Made by a program: the position numbers and the translations under genes
Part shown: positions 53,949 to 62,883 of the stretch, one piece after another
Position numbering within the stretch: position 1 is the stretch's first letter
Layout of the letters: each line of letters opens with the position of its first letter
The notes under the pieces: generated by a model
What the model was told of the DNA's origin: nothing
What the model saw: the letters and a program-made list of their open reading frames with translations, nothing else
Databases searched by the model: none
Source: an uncultured Actinomycetes bacterium
Lineage (GTDB): Bacteria > Actinomycetota > Thermoleophilia > Solirubrobacterales > Solirubrobacteraceae
Reading direction: 5' to 3'
Length of the DNA stretch: 64,000 nucleotides
NCBI GenBank assembly: GCA_963702505.1
Contig: CAVPCS010000012.1
Coordinates: 110,494-174,493 of the forward strand

Positions 53949-54346
53949 AGCTCGTCGTCCACGTGGACGGCGGTTCGCGCGGCAATCCCGGTCCCGCCGC
54001 CGCCGGCGCCGTCCTCAGCACGCCGGAGGGCGACGTCGTCGACGAGGCGAGCGAGCTGCTCGGGATCGTCTCCAACAACGTCGCCGAGTACCGCGCGCTG
54101 CTCCTGGGCGTGCGCCGCGCCCGCGAGCTGGGCGCGACGGAGGTCGAGGTCGTCAACGACTCCGAGCTCATCGCCAAGCAGGTCAACGGGCAGTACAAGG
54201 TCAAGCACCCCGACATGAAGCCGCTGTACGCCGAGGCGCTCGCGGCGCTCGGGGAGCTGGACGGCTGGACCGTGCGGACCGTCCGCCGTGAGCAGAACGC
54301 GCACGCCGACGCGCTCGTGAACGCCGCGCTCGACGCGGTCCGCTGA
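53945..54346 (+). CDS. rnhA: ribonuclease HI-like protein (RNase H domain)
   Basis: Reads MKLVVHVDGGSRGNPGPAAAG...EYRALLLG...VNDSELI...NAHADALVN (the D-E-D-D catalytic residues can be placed). Confidence 0.8.
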   Translation: MKLVVHVDGGSRGNPGPAAAGAVLSTPEGDVVDEASELLGIVSNNVAEYRALLLGVRRARELGATEVEVVNDSELIAKQVNGQYKVKHPDMKPLYAEALAALGELDGWTVRTVRREQNAHADALVNAALDAVR

Positions 54347-54435
54347 CGCGATCTGGCGCAGCGCCGCTCCCCGGGACAACCGAACGCGCACCGGGCGCGT
54401 AGGACGGGCATCACCGTTCCCGAGAAGGAGTCCCG

Positions 54436-54978
54436 ATGAAGAAGCGCCTGATGTTCCTGATCCTGTGCCTGTCCGCGGTCGCGCTCGTCGCCGCCGGGTG
54501 TGGCGACGACGAGACCGAGACGACGTCGGACGCGCCGGCGACCACCGCAACGCAGGAGGCGACCACGGGCGACATCGTGGCGACCGCCCAGGGCAGTGAG
54601 GACCTCTCGACCCTCGTCGCCGCCGTCACGGCGGGCGATCTCGTCGAGACGCTCCAGGGTGAGGGGCCGTTCACGGTCTTCGCTCCGACCAACCAGGCGT
54701 TCTCCGACATCCAGAGCACCGTCGACACGCTGCTCAAGCCGGAGAACAAGGACGATCTGGTGAACGTCCTGACCTATCACGTCGTGCCCGGCAGCTACCC
54801 GGCGAGCGAGCTGAAGGACGGCCAGGAGCTGACGACCGTCCAGGGCGAGAAGCTCACCGTCTCGATCGACGGTGACACCGTCAAGGTCGGCGACGCGACG
54901 GTCGAGTCGGCCGACGTCAACGCGGACAACGGCGTCGTGCACGTCATCGACACCGTGCTGGTCCCGCCGGCCAACTGA
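54436..54978 (+). CDS. fasciclin (FAS1) domain lipoprotein
   Basis: The lipobox is LVAAGCGDD. The FAS1 motifs are FTVFAPTNQAF and VLTYHVVPG ... VHVIDTVLVP. Confidence 0.85.
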   Translation: MKKRLMFLILCLSAVALVAAGCGDDETETTSDAPATTATQEATTGDIVATAQGSEDLSTLVAAVTAGDLVETLQGEGPFTVFAPTNQAFSDIQSTVDTLLKPENKDDLVNVLTYHVVPGSYPASELKDGQELTTVQGEKLTVSIDGDTVKVGDATVESADVNADNGVVHVIDTVLVPPAN

Positions 54979-55003
54979 CCGGCGCGCACAGGCTCAACGA
55001 CTC

Positions 55004-55030
55004 CGGGGCGGAGTCACGAGACTCCGCCCC
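55004..55030 (+). terminator. perfect 11-bp stem hairpin GGGGCGGAGTC-acga-GACTCCGCCCC after the fasciclin gene
   Basis: The inverted repeat is read directly from the sequence, 25 bp after the stop codon. Confidence 0.5.
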
Positions 55031-55114
55031 GCCGAGCCACTGGACCGGATAACGGACGGTACCAGCCCATTGCGACATCTGTCGCTCGGCGCCGGGCTGT
55101 AGGTTCGATCCGGC

Positions 55115-55873
55115 ATGTCCGTGGTCCTGTGGCACATCGAGCTGTCCCACTACAACGAGAAGGTCCGGTGGGCGCTCGACTACAAGGGCATCCCGCACGA
55201 GCGCCGGGCGCCGATGCCGGGCCTGCACGGCATCCGTGCGGCGGTCCTGACGCGGGGAGCCCAGCGCCGGCTTCCGGTGATCGAGCTCGACGGCCGGCGA
55301 ATCGGCGACTCGACGGCGATCATCGCGGCGCTGGAGGAGTACCGGCCGGAGCCGGCGCTGTACCCCGAGGATCCGGCTGACCTCACGCGGGCTCTCGCGC
55401 TGGAGGACCGCTTCGACGAGGAGCTGGCTCCGGCGGTCCGCCTCCTGGTCTGGTTCCACACGCTGCCGGACCCGGATGCGACGTCCGCGGCGCTCTTCAC
55501 CGAGCCCAGCCCGGCGCGTGAACGGCTGCTGCGCGCGACCGCGCCGGTCGCGCGCCGCATGGTGAGCCTCGACTACGGGATCACCGCCCAGAGCGCCGAG
55601 GAGGCACGCGGCACGATCCTCCGCATGATGGACGTGATCGAGGCCGAGATCGGCCCGTCCGGGTATCTCGTCGGTGAGCGCTTCAGCGTGGCGGATCTCG
55701 CGGGCGCGGCGCTCCTCACCCCGCTGATCTGCCCGCCGGAGCGCCCGTACGCCCCGGCGTCGATCCCGCCGGTGCTGCTGCCGCTCCGGGAGGAGCTGAC
55801 CGCGCGGCCCGGGGGACGGTGGGTGCTGGAGATGTATGCCCGGCACCGCGGGACGTGGGTGCAGGCAGCATGA
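55115..55873 (+). CDS. glutathione S-transferase family protein
   Basis: Reads MSVVLWHIELSHYNEKVRWALDYKGIPHERR (the thioredoxin-like N-terminal GST domain with SHY), followed by a C-terminal alpha domain. Confidence 0.75.
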   Translation: MSVVLWHIELSHYNEKVRWALDYKGIPHERRAPMPGLHGIRAAVLTRGAQRRLPVIELDGRRIGDSTAIIAALEEYRPEPALYPEDPADLTRALALEDRFDEELAPAVRLLVWFHTLPDPDATSAALFTEPSPARERLLRATAPVARRMVSLDYGITAQSAEEARGTILRMMDVIEAEIGPSGYLVGERFSVADLAGAALLTPLICPPERPYAPASIPPVLLPLREELTARPGGRWVLEMYARHRGTWVQAA

Positions 55874-56069
55874 GCGACGCGGCGATGACGGCCGAGGCGG
55901 GCGCCCGCCGAACCGGTGGGCCGTCGATGTCAGCGGGCAGTTCCCCGTGCGTGCAGCGCGCCGCGCGCTGATCGGCCTCGGGACGGTCGTGATCGCGTAC
56001 GGCGTGGTGGCGCTGGCCGGTCGGCCCGGGCCGCCTGCCTGATCTCCACAGCGCGCCCGTGGTCATCCC

Positions 56070-56085
56070 GCGGGTAATTACCCGC
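56070..56085. promoter_or_regulatory. perfect 16-bp palindrome GCGGGTAATTACCCGC (candidate operator), first of a cluster of CGGTAWT repeats
   Basis: The palindrome equals its own reverse complement. It is followed within 100 bp by GGCGGTATTGACACC, GGTTCGGTATATCC, GCGGTAATCG and GGTCGGTATTGC. It lies in an AT-richer intergenic region upstream of a LuxR-family gene. Confidence 0.5.
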
Positions 56086-56102
56086 ATACGCAGGTGGCGG
56101 TA

Positions 56103-56131
56103 TTGACACCAACATACGTCCGGCGTAGGTT
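56103..56131 (+). promoter_or_regulatory. candidate sigma-70-type promoter TTGACA-N17-TAGGTT
   Basis: The consensus -35 hexamer is at 56103-56108 and a TAnnnT -10 hexamer is at 56126-56131 with 17-bp spacing. It is embedded in the CGGTAWT repeat cluster. Confidence 0.35.
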
Positions 56132-56394
56132 CGGTATATCCAGCGGTAATCGAAAGGTCGGTATTGCAGCATGAGACGGTTTGGGCAGGCACGAGTGGTT
56201 GTTGGAGACGGGCGTTCGGATCACACCTATGGGGGTTCGTCCCCACGCCAAACCCCGCATTGTGAAAGAAGTGACGCAGGAATAGCGTCAGCCTTTCTCA
56301 GGGACACGGGGCCTCGGCAGCGCAGGTGCGCGCCGGGGCTCCCACTTTTTCGGTGGAGTCTGCGACCGTTGACTGGTAGATCCTGGGCGCGAGG

Positions 56395-57452
56395 GTGCGA
56401 AATCCGGAAGATGGCGGTCCAGAACGCGAAGGCGAGACGGCGGTGATCGCCGACCTCGTGACGGGCCTTGCGGACGCGGAAACGTGCGAGGGCTTTCGCA
56501 GTGCGGTGCTCTCCTGCGCACGCCCGGGCGTCGCGACGGTCGCGACGCTGGACGAGTTTGACGGTGCGCGGACCTCGCTGTGCTGCGCCTCGACCGAGCC
56601 GGCGCTCGAGGCATCAGGATGCCGTTCAGGAACGGCTGGCATGGAACGAACGGTTTCCGACGCTGCTTGACAGCATCCCGGTAGCGAGCGCCCCGCCGTT
56701 GGCCGTCTCGGACGTTGTGGACCGCGACGAGTTCGGCTCGAGTCGCCTGTACACCGCCTACTACGCCGACCTCGGGATCGAGGACGAGCTCGTCATGCGA
56801 GTTCCCCGGCGTCGCTGGCCCGGCGACGCTGCGGCTGGGCCACCAGGAGTGGGGGTTCGACGCAGCCAGTCGGGCCCTCGCGTTGAAGGTCCAACGTGTT
56901 CTCACGGCCATGTGCACTGTTCGTCGGGACCGTGAGACCGTGCGGGCGGCGGCCCCCGTGGCGCGCCTCCTGGCGGAGGAGTCGGGGCGCTTCGTCCTCG
57001 TGAGCGACCGAGCCGGGAACCTCATCGACGTCGACGGCACGCCGTCCCAGGTCGAGGGCCCGCTCGCGACCACGATCCGTTCCGCGGTGGGGCTCGCCGG
57101 CGCCGATGCCGGGAAGACCGAGCCGGGGCAGCCCGTGATCGAACTGTCGGTGCCGGGTACCGAAGGCGGCCCGACCACGGTCCAGGTGCTGGCAGGGCGT
57201 GACGGAAGCGCGCTGCTGGCGATCCTGGTCCAGCGTCCGCGCGCCGGCGTCACGCCCGAGGACCTGGGCCGCCATGGCCTCACGGGCCGCCAGGCGCAGG
57301 TCATGACGCTGATCCTCGAGGGCGCCACCAACGGCTCCGTCGCACACCAGCTCGGGATCAGCGAGCGCACGGTGGAGAAGCACGTGTACGGGGCATACGC
57401 CCGCCTGGGCGCCCGCACGCGGACCGAAGCACTCATCGCCCTTTTGGGTTGA
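56395..57452 (+). CDS. LuxR-family transcriptional regulator (N-terminal sensor-like domain + C-terminal HTH); two apparent frameshifts
   Basis: The C-terminus LTGRQAQVMTLILEGATNGSVAHQLGISERTVEKHVYGAYARLGARTRTEALIALLG is a canonical LuxR/FixJ-type HTH. The N-terminal part is spread over the 56395, 56468 and 56715 frames. The start (56395 or 56444 GTG) is uncertain. Confidence 0.7.
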
Positions 57453-57589
57453 ACTCCCACCATGGAGTGGGTGAAACGCCCACGGTGGGTGTTTTACCTA
57501 AGCGGGTCTGCGCATTGCCGGTAAGGCTTGTACCGAAATACGTTGATGCATGGCAGGAGGGAAAGGTCAATCCATCAAGGAGGAGTTGC

Positions 57590-59613
57590 GTGTCTCTTAA
57601 GCGACACGTCCTTCAGGTCGTGGCACTCGTCACGGCTGTCGCTCTGGTGTTCGGTGCGTTCGCGGGTTCCGCGAGCGCCGCAAAGGTCACCAAGAAGCAG
57701 AAGGCACAGATCCGCAAGCAGTTGCGGAAGCAGGTCAAGAAGAACCCGGGCGTCGTCAAGCGTCGCTCGTTTCTGAAGCGGGCGGCTCTCGTCAACTTCA
57801 AGCTGCCGGTCACGATTCGTCTGCGCAACCCGTGCACGACGGAGAACGGGCAGAACGCCCCGGCAGCCCACTCTCGACCAACCCGACACGGATCACGCGC
57901 TGAGCACGAACTGCGTGGGGCAGGGCACGGCGCTGAACCAGCGCACGATCCCGTCGGCAACGTGAACTCGGTCCGTCGCTCGGTACGCGTTCGGTCGCAT
58001 TGGTGGCGCGCTGGCAGCGGTTGTCGAGTTCCAGGACACCTACGACGGTGGCGCGCTGGGCAACTCAACCTGAAGATCCTCCCGGGCGACAAGACGCTGA
58101 CGACCTCGTCGGTGCCGCTGCTCTGGAATCGACGACATCAGCGATCCGAATACCCGCTCGGAGAAGAACTTGGCCTTGCAACTCGGTCTCCGGTAAGTTC
58201 GTCTCGCTGGCGGTACTGACTGGTTCGCCGACCGCATGGGCCAACGGCGCAGCCGGTGGTGTCAGGCATGACAGGGCTGCGGTGACTGGACCAGCGGGTC
58301 GGCTCGCAGACCGTGGCGGTTCGCCGAATCAGTAGCGCCGCGCGTTGAAGCGCCTCCGGCGAGTACAAGGCGCTGTTCTGGAATGCTCCGGGCAACCTGG
58401 GCTACGGCACGTACAACGGTCTCCCCGGGTATTCCGAGACGACGCTTTCGGTGCTGTCAACGGCGTCAACCTCGCCGCAAGGTCGGCGTCGACGACCCGT
58501 TCAACATCAAGTCCGGCGGTGTCATCGGTGACAACGACTGGATCGGGACGAACCCGAACCCGTTCCCCGTACGGCAACGGCGTCCGTCGCCTCCGAGCCG
58601 AACTCGCCGCCGACCTCGTGGTGACCGTTCTCGTACAACGCGGCTGACACCGTGCTGCGCACCAACGCTCTGTCCCTGGGCATCGCCCCGGGCGGCGTGT
58701 CGGTCAACATGAGCACCGGTACCGCAACGACTCCGGGTGGTCTCACGACCGCTCAGGGCTCGCAGGACGTCACGCTCGGCTACTCCGGCGGCCAGGCGAA
58801 CCTGTTCGGCAACATCCCGGGCAAGAACGTCGGCATCGACGTCACCGTGAACCTCGCGACGAAGATCAACTCGATCGTGCGGATCATGGACCAGGACCTG
58901 TTCAAGAACGCCGGCACGATCGAGGGCGAGGACATCCCTGCGGGGCTGTTCAACTGCCGCCAGATCGTCACCGGCGCTGTGCAGAACTACATCCCGGGCG
59001 TCCGTCTGACGGGCTCCCTGCGGATCGCTCCGGCGATCACCAAGGACGGCAAGGTCCGGATCGCCAAGGCGACCGTCTCCTCTGACGTCAACAACCCCGA
59101 CCGCGTTGCACTCTCCGCCTGCCTGTTCCCGGCGAAGCCCTACAACGCGTACCAGTGGGCGGCAACACCGCCTCCGGCATGCCGGTTGTCTGGACTGATG
59201 CGACACGATGAATTCCCCACCTTCGGTCAGGCGACAGCCGTCGGTGCCGTCGGCACCGAATGGTTCGCCACCGGCGGTGGCACGCCGATCGTCACCGCGG
59301 AGACCAACAAGGGACTGGGTATCAACGGCGGCGCGCGGCGCTACCCGAACACGTCGGAGAAGAACGCGCCGAGCACGAGGTGCGGCAACGCTCGACCTCC
59401 GGGAACGGCCCGGGTCTGGCGGAGGTCATTCGCCGGTCCGGTCTGACCGGCACTGTCGCCGGCCTGCCGGACCCGACTGACCGGGCATACGCCGGCGTCA
59501 ACTACACGGGGCGACCAGGCCAGCGTCGCGGGTGACATCACCGTCAACCCGCTGGACGTTGACGTGCTCCTCGGCGACCAGCCGATCAACGGCGATCGGC
59601 CCGTGGCACCGTA
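57590..59613 (+). CDS. large secreted hypothetical protein (~670 aa), lower-GC gene; several apparent frameshifts
   Basis: It starts at a GTG preceded by a strong RBS (AAGGAGGAG). The signal peptide is VSLKRHVLQVVALVTAVALVFGAFAGSASA, followed by a Lys-rich segment. Coding frames link up as 57449, 58345/58383, 58652 and 59260, ending ...ITVNPLDVDVLLGDQPINGDRPVAP*. No family was recognised. Confidence 0.5.
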
Positions 59614-59722
59614 GGACCAGGATGTTCCTCACCTCCGGGAACGGAAGATCGCCAGTGGGCTCCGGCCGGACATGTTCCGGCCGGAGCCTCACCGGTGTCA
59701 GGCGAGGAGGGAGTCTCAAGGT

Positions 59723-61962
59723 ATGGCGTCCTGGACACGGCAGCGGCTCGCGACCTGGCGGAAGGCGCAGTTTGGGGTGGCGCTGGCCCTGACCTTCCTC
59801 CTGGCCGTTCCCGCGGGAGCATGGGCCGACGGCAAGCTCCTCGTCTACACCGGGAACGGTGCGGTCAACGAGGGGTACAGCCAGTTTGCGGCTGCTTCCG
59901 GGCGCCTGAACGTGACGTCCTCGACCTTCCCCGTCGATGACGCGGACTTCGATCAGTACAAGTGCATCGTGTTGCCCGTCACGCGCACCGGCTTCACGAC
60001 AGTCCAGCGAAGTGCACTCACGGGGTACATGGACCGCGGAGGGACCATCCTGACGCAGTCGCTCGAGCACCTGCAGGTGGCGACGGACATGGGCCCGGCG
60101 TCAGAGGGAACGTTCAAGGCCCTGGCTTCCAGCACAGGCATCCGGGCGTTCAACACCACCGTCACCTTCGACGCCACGTTCGACGCGTACGTCAGTGCCT
60201 CTCGCTATACCGCCGGCGTGTCACAGGTCGGCTACGCGGCGGCGACCACGCTCACCGTCACAGCCCCCGCCCAGACGCTCGTCATGTCGAGCCCGGCTGG
60301 GCAGACCGATCCGCCTCCCGCGCCGCTCGTCGCGGTTCGCGACCTCGGAGCAGGGAAGTTCGTCTTCGTCGGCGACTCCAACATCTTCTCCGACGGGTCC
60401 GGCGGCTTCTACACGGGCAACGACAACGCCCATCTCGCCAACAACCTCTGCGGTGACATCACGCCGCCCGTCATCGCCATCACGACCCCGGCCCAGGGCG
60501 CGCGGTACAAGCGCGACCAGGTCGTCCAGGCGGTCTGGGGTTGCACCGACGCCGGCAGCGACATCGCGACGACCTCGTTCCAGAACGGGCTGCTCTCCGG
60601 CACCATCTCCGGGCTCCCGATCGAGACGACGGTCGCGCCGGGTCAGACCGTGACCAAGTCGTTCTCGGTCGCCTGCGCCGACGCTGCGGGGAACGTCGCT
60701 CCCACGAAGACGGTGACGTACGAGGTCGATGACTCGAAACCGACGAGTCGTGATCGATTCGCCGATCAATGATGGGACGGTGAATCGCCGGTCGAACGTC
60801 CCGGCGTCGTGGAGCTGCCAGTACGCGGATGGGCCGGAGGAAGCGATACGGGGCCGCGACATGACGTTCGGGAAGGTCGCCGGCGTGCTTCGATCGATAC
60901 GGGAGGCCGTCGCGGCGGGGGACGCCTCTGACGAAGTCGTTCAGCGTCACGTGTACCGACAAGGCGGGGAACCTGGCGACGAAGACCGTGCTCTTACATC
61001 GTTGAGGATCAGAATCCGCCGGCGGTGACGATCTCCGCGCCGCTGGAGGCTGCGCGCTTCAAGATCGACAAGCCCGTCACGGCCGATTCGGGCTGCTCGG
61101 ATCCCGACGGACCGCAGGACATCGATCCGGACGAGAACAAGACGTTCGGGACGGTGCCCGACGGGCATCCGGTCGAAACGGCGTGGTCGCGCTGACATCG
61201 AAGACGCTCATGGCCACCTGCACTGATCTTGCGGGAAGAGAGAAGAAACGTATATGAGGAGAGGGTGGTGAGATTGCGGTGGTGGATGGCGGGAGTTAGC
61301 GCGGATAGTAGGGCGACTGGGGTGCAGATTGACGGGGATGAATCACGAGCAAGGTGGCGATGGGTCGGGACGGTAATACGGGGACGCTGAGCCAGACGAC
61401 TTTACGGTCACCTGTGCGGATCAGGCGTGGAATGTCGCGACGAAGGTCGCGACGTACACGATGATCGGCGGCCGCCGGACATCACGATCGTGCTGCAACA
61501 ACGCTACGTTCGAGCAGGGGCAGGTCGTCTCGCGAGCTACTCGTGCGTCGACACGGACGGAGACCTGAAGTCGTGCATCCGCGAAGGCGGCGCGACCGGG
61601 CCGCTCGACACGTCGAAGCCCGGCACGTCAAGTTCACGGTGAACGAGGCCGACGCGGCCGGGAAACACGGCCACGAAGAGCGTGACGTACACCGTCAAGG
61701 CGAAGACCACGGTCGCGGCCGGCACACCCAGCGGGACGACGAAGAGCGACCCGAAAGGTCTGCACCAGCCGCCGCAGTTCCGGATCCGGGTGAAGAAGCT
61801 CAAGGGCGGCGTGAGGGCCGTCTCCGCTACGGTGTTCGTCAACGGCAAGAAGACGCTGACCCGCAAGGGCAAGAGGGTCACGGCGATCGTGACGCTGAAG
61901 GGCCTGAAGAAGGGCACCTACAGGTCAAGATCAACGTGAAGTACTCGAACGGTCGAGGCTGA
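59723..61962 (+). CDS. secreted multi-domain protein with tandem HYR/Ig-like repeats (motif K-S-F-S-V-x-C-x-D-x-A-G-N); multiple frameshifts / degraded segment
   Basis: A RBS (GAGGAGGGAG) and a signal peptide (MASWTRQRLATWRKAQFGVALALTFLLAVPAGAWA) precede it. Repeat units read TKSFSVACADAAGNVAPTKTVTYEV, TKSFSVTCTDKAGNLATKTV and FTVTCADQAWNVATKVATYT, followed by a final Ig-like domain ending KINVKYSNGRG*. Confidence 0.55.
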
Positions 61963-62033
61963 GCTACACGCGGAAGTTCAAGACCTGTACGCCGAAGGGG
62001 AAGTAGCTCAAATCGGCTCGGTTCACGGCAAAC

Positions 62034-62067
62034 GCGGGCCCGGGATCAGCTGGGGCCCGTGGCCCGC
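62034..62067. terminator. GC-rich hairpin GCGGGCC...GGCCCGC between convergent genes (bidirectional terminator candidate)
   Basis: The inverted repeat is read directly from the sequence. It lies between the + strand repeat-protein gene (stop 61962) and the - strand FN3 gene (stop 62075). Confidence 0.4.
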
Positions 62068-62074
62068 GGCCACC

Positions 62075-62860
62075 TCAGCTCACGTACGTCGACACGGCCG
62101 GCGTCGCCGCCGACGCGTTGCCCGCGGCGTCGAACGCGATCACGCTGTAGCGGTACTCCGTCTTGTGCTCGCGGCCCGTGTCGACGAACTCGGGCGTCGC
62201 GCTCGTGCCGGCGAGGCTGCCGTCGCGGTAGATCCGGTAGCTGACGACGCCCTTGTTGTCCGCCGGCGCCGTCCAGCGCAGCGTGACCGTCAGCCCGACG
62301 GGGTCGGCGGTCGCCGTCAGGCCAACCGGCATCGCAGGGGCCTCCCGGTCGGGCAGCGCGCGCGGGAGCGCCCACACGATCCCGGACGGCCGGGACAGGT
62401 TGCGCGCCATGTCCACGGCGAAGACGCGGTACTGGTGCGCGACGCCGTTCGGCAGCCTGGGGTCGGTGAACGTCGTCCCGGCGATCGTGACGACGTACTG
62501 CCCGTCGCGGTACACCTCGTACCCGGCGATGCCGCCGTCATCCTCGGACGCGCGCCAGGTCAGGACCGCCTCACCGTCACCCGGGACCGCCACGAGGCCG
62601 ATCACGCGGCTCGGCGCCGTCCGGTCCTCGACGCAGGCCCAGGTGGTCTTGCGGCGCAGCACGCGCTTGCGATGACCGCGGCTGTCGCGCACGCTGACCC
62701 GCACGCGCTTGGTGCGCTTCTCGAGGACCTTCCCGGCCCGGCAGGTCGCGAGACCCGCCGGGCCCGCCGGTGCGGCCGCCACCGCCGCCGCAGGGCAGAG
62801 CAGCCCGAGCGCGAACGCCTGCAGGAGCAGCCTGGCCGTGAGACGGTGATGGGAGCGCAT
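62075..62860 (-). CDS. secreted fibronectin type III domain protein (two FN3 modules)
   Basis: Intact 261 aa. A signal peptide is followed by FN3 hallmarks (LTWRASEDDGGIAGYEVYRDG...TFTDPRLPNGVAHQYRVFAVDMARNLS and LRWTAPADNKGVVSYRIYRDGSLAGT...YRYSVIAFDAAGNAS). It ends ...STYVS*. Confidence 0.8.
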   Translation of the reverse strand: MRSHHRLTARLLLQAFALGLLCPAAAVAAAPAGPAGLATCRAGKVLEKRTKRVRVSVRDSRGHRKRVLRRKTTWACVEDRTAPSRVIGLVAVPGDGEAVLTWRASEDDGGIAGYEVYRDGQYVVTIAGTTFTDPRLPNGVAHQYRVFAVDMARNLSRPSGIVWALPRALPDREAPAMPVGLTATADPVGLTVTLRWTAPADNKGVVSYRIYRDGSLAGTSATPEFVDTGREHKTEYRYSVIAFDAAGNASAATPAVSTYVS

Positions 62861-62883
62861 GGTCGTCGCCGTCCTCGTCGCGA

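Noticed and set aside
55085-55115. A tRNA-like T-loop motif AGGTTCGATCC immediately upstream of the GST gene.
   Set aside because: The flanking sequence cannot form a 5-bp T-stem or a 7-bp acceptor stem, and no anticodon arm could be built. The match is a chance partial one.
56171-56446. A 91-aa ORF (MRRFGQARVVVGDGRSDHTYGGSSPRQT…) in the AT-richer region upstream of the LuxR gene.
   Set aside because: The composition is Arg-rich and non-coding-like, and it has no RBS. It overlaps the putative leader/promoter region and is more likely non-coding.
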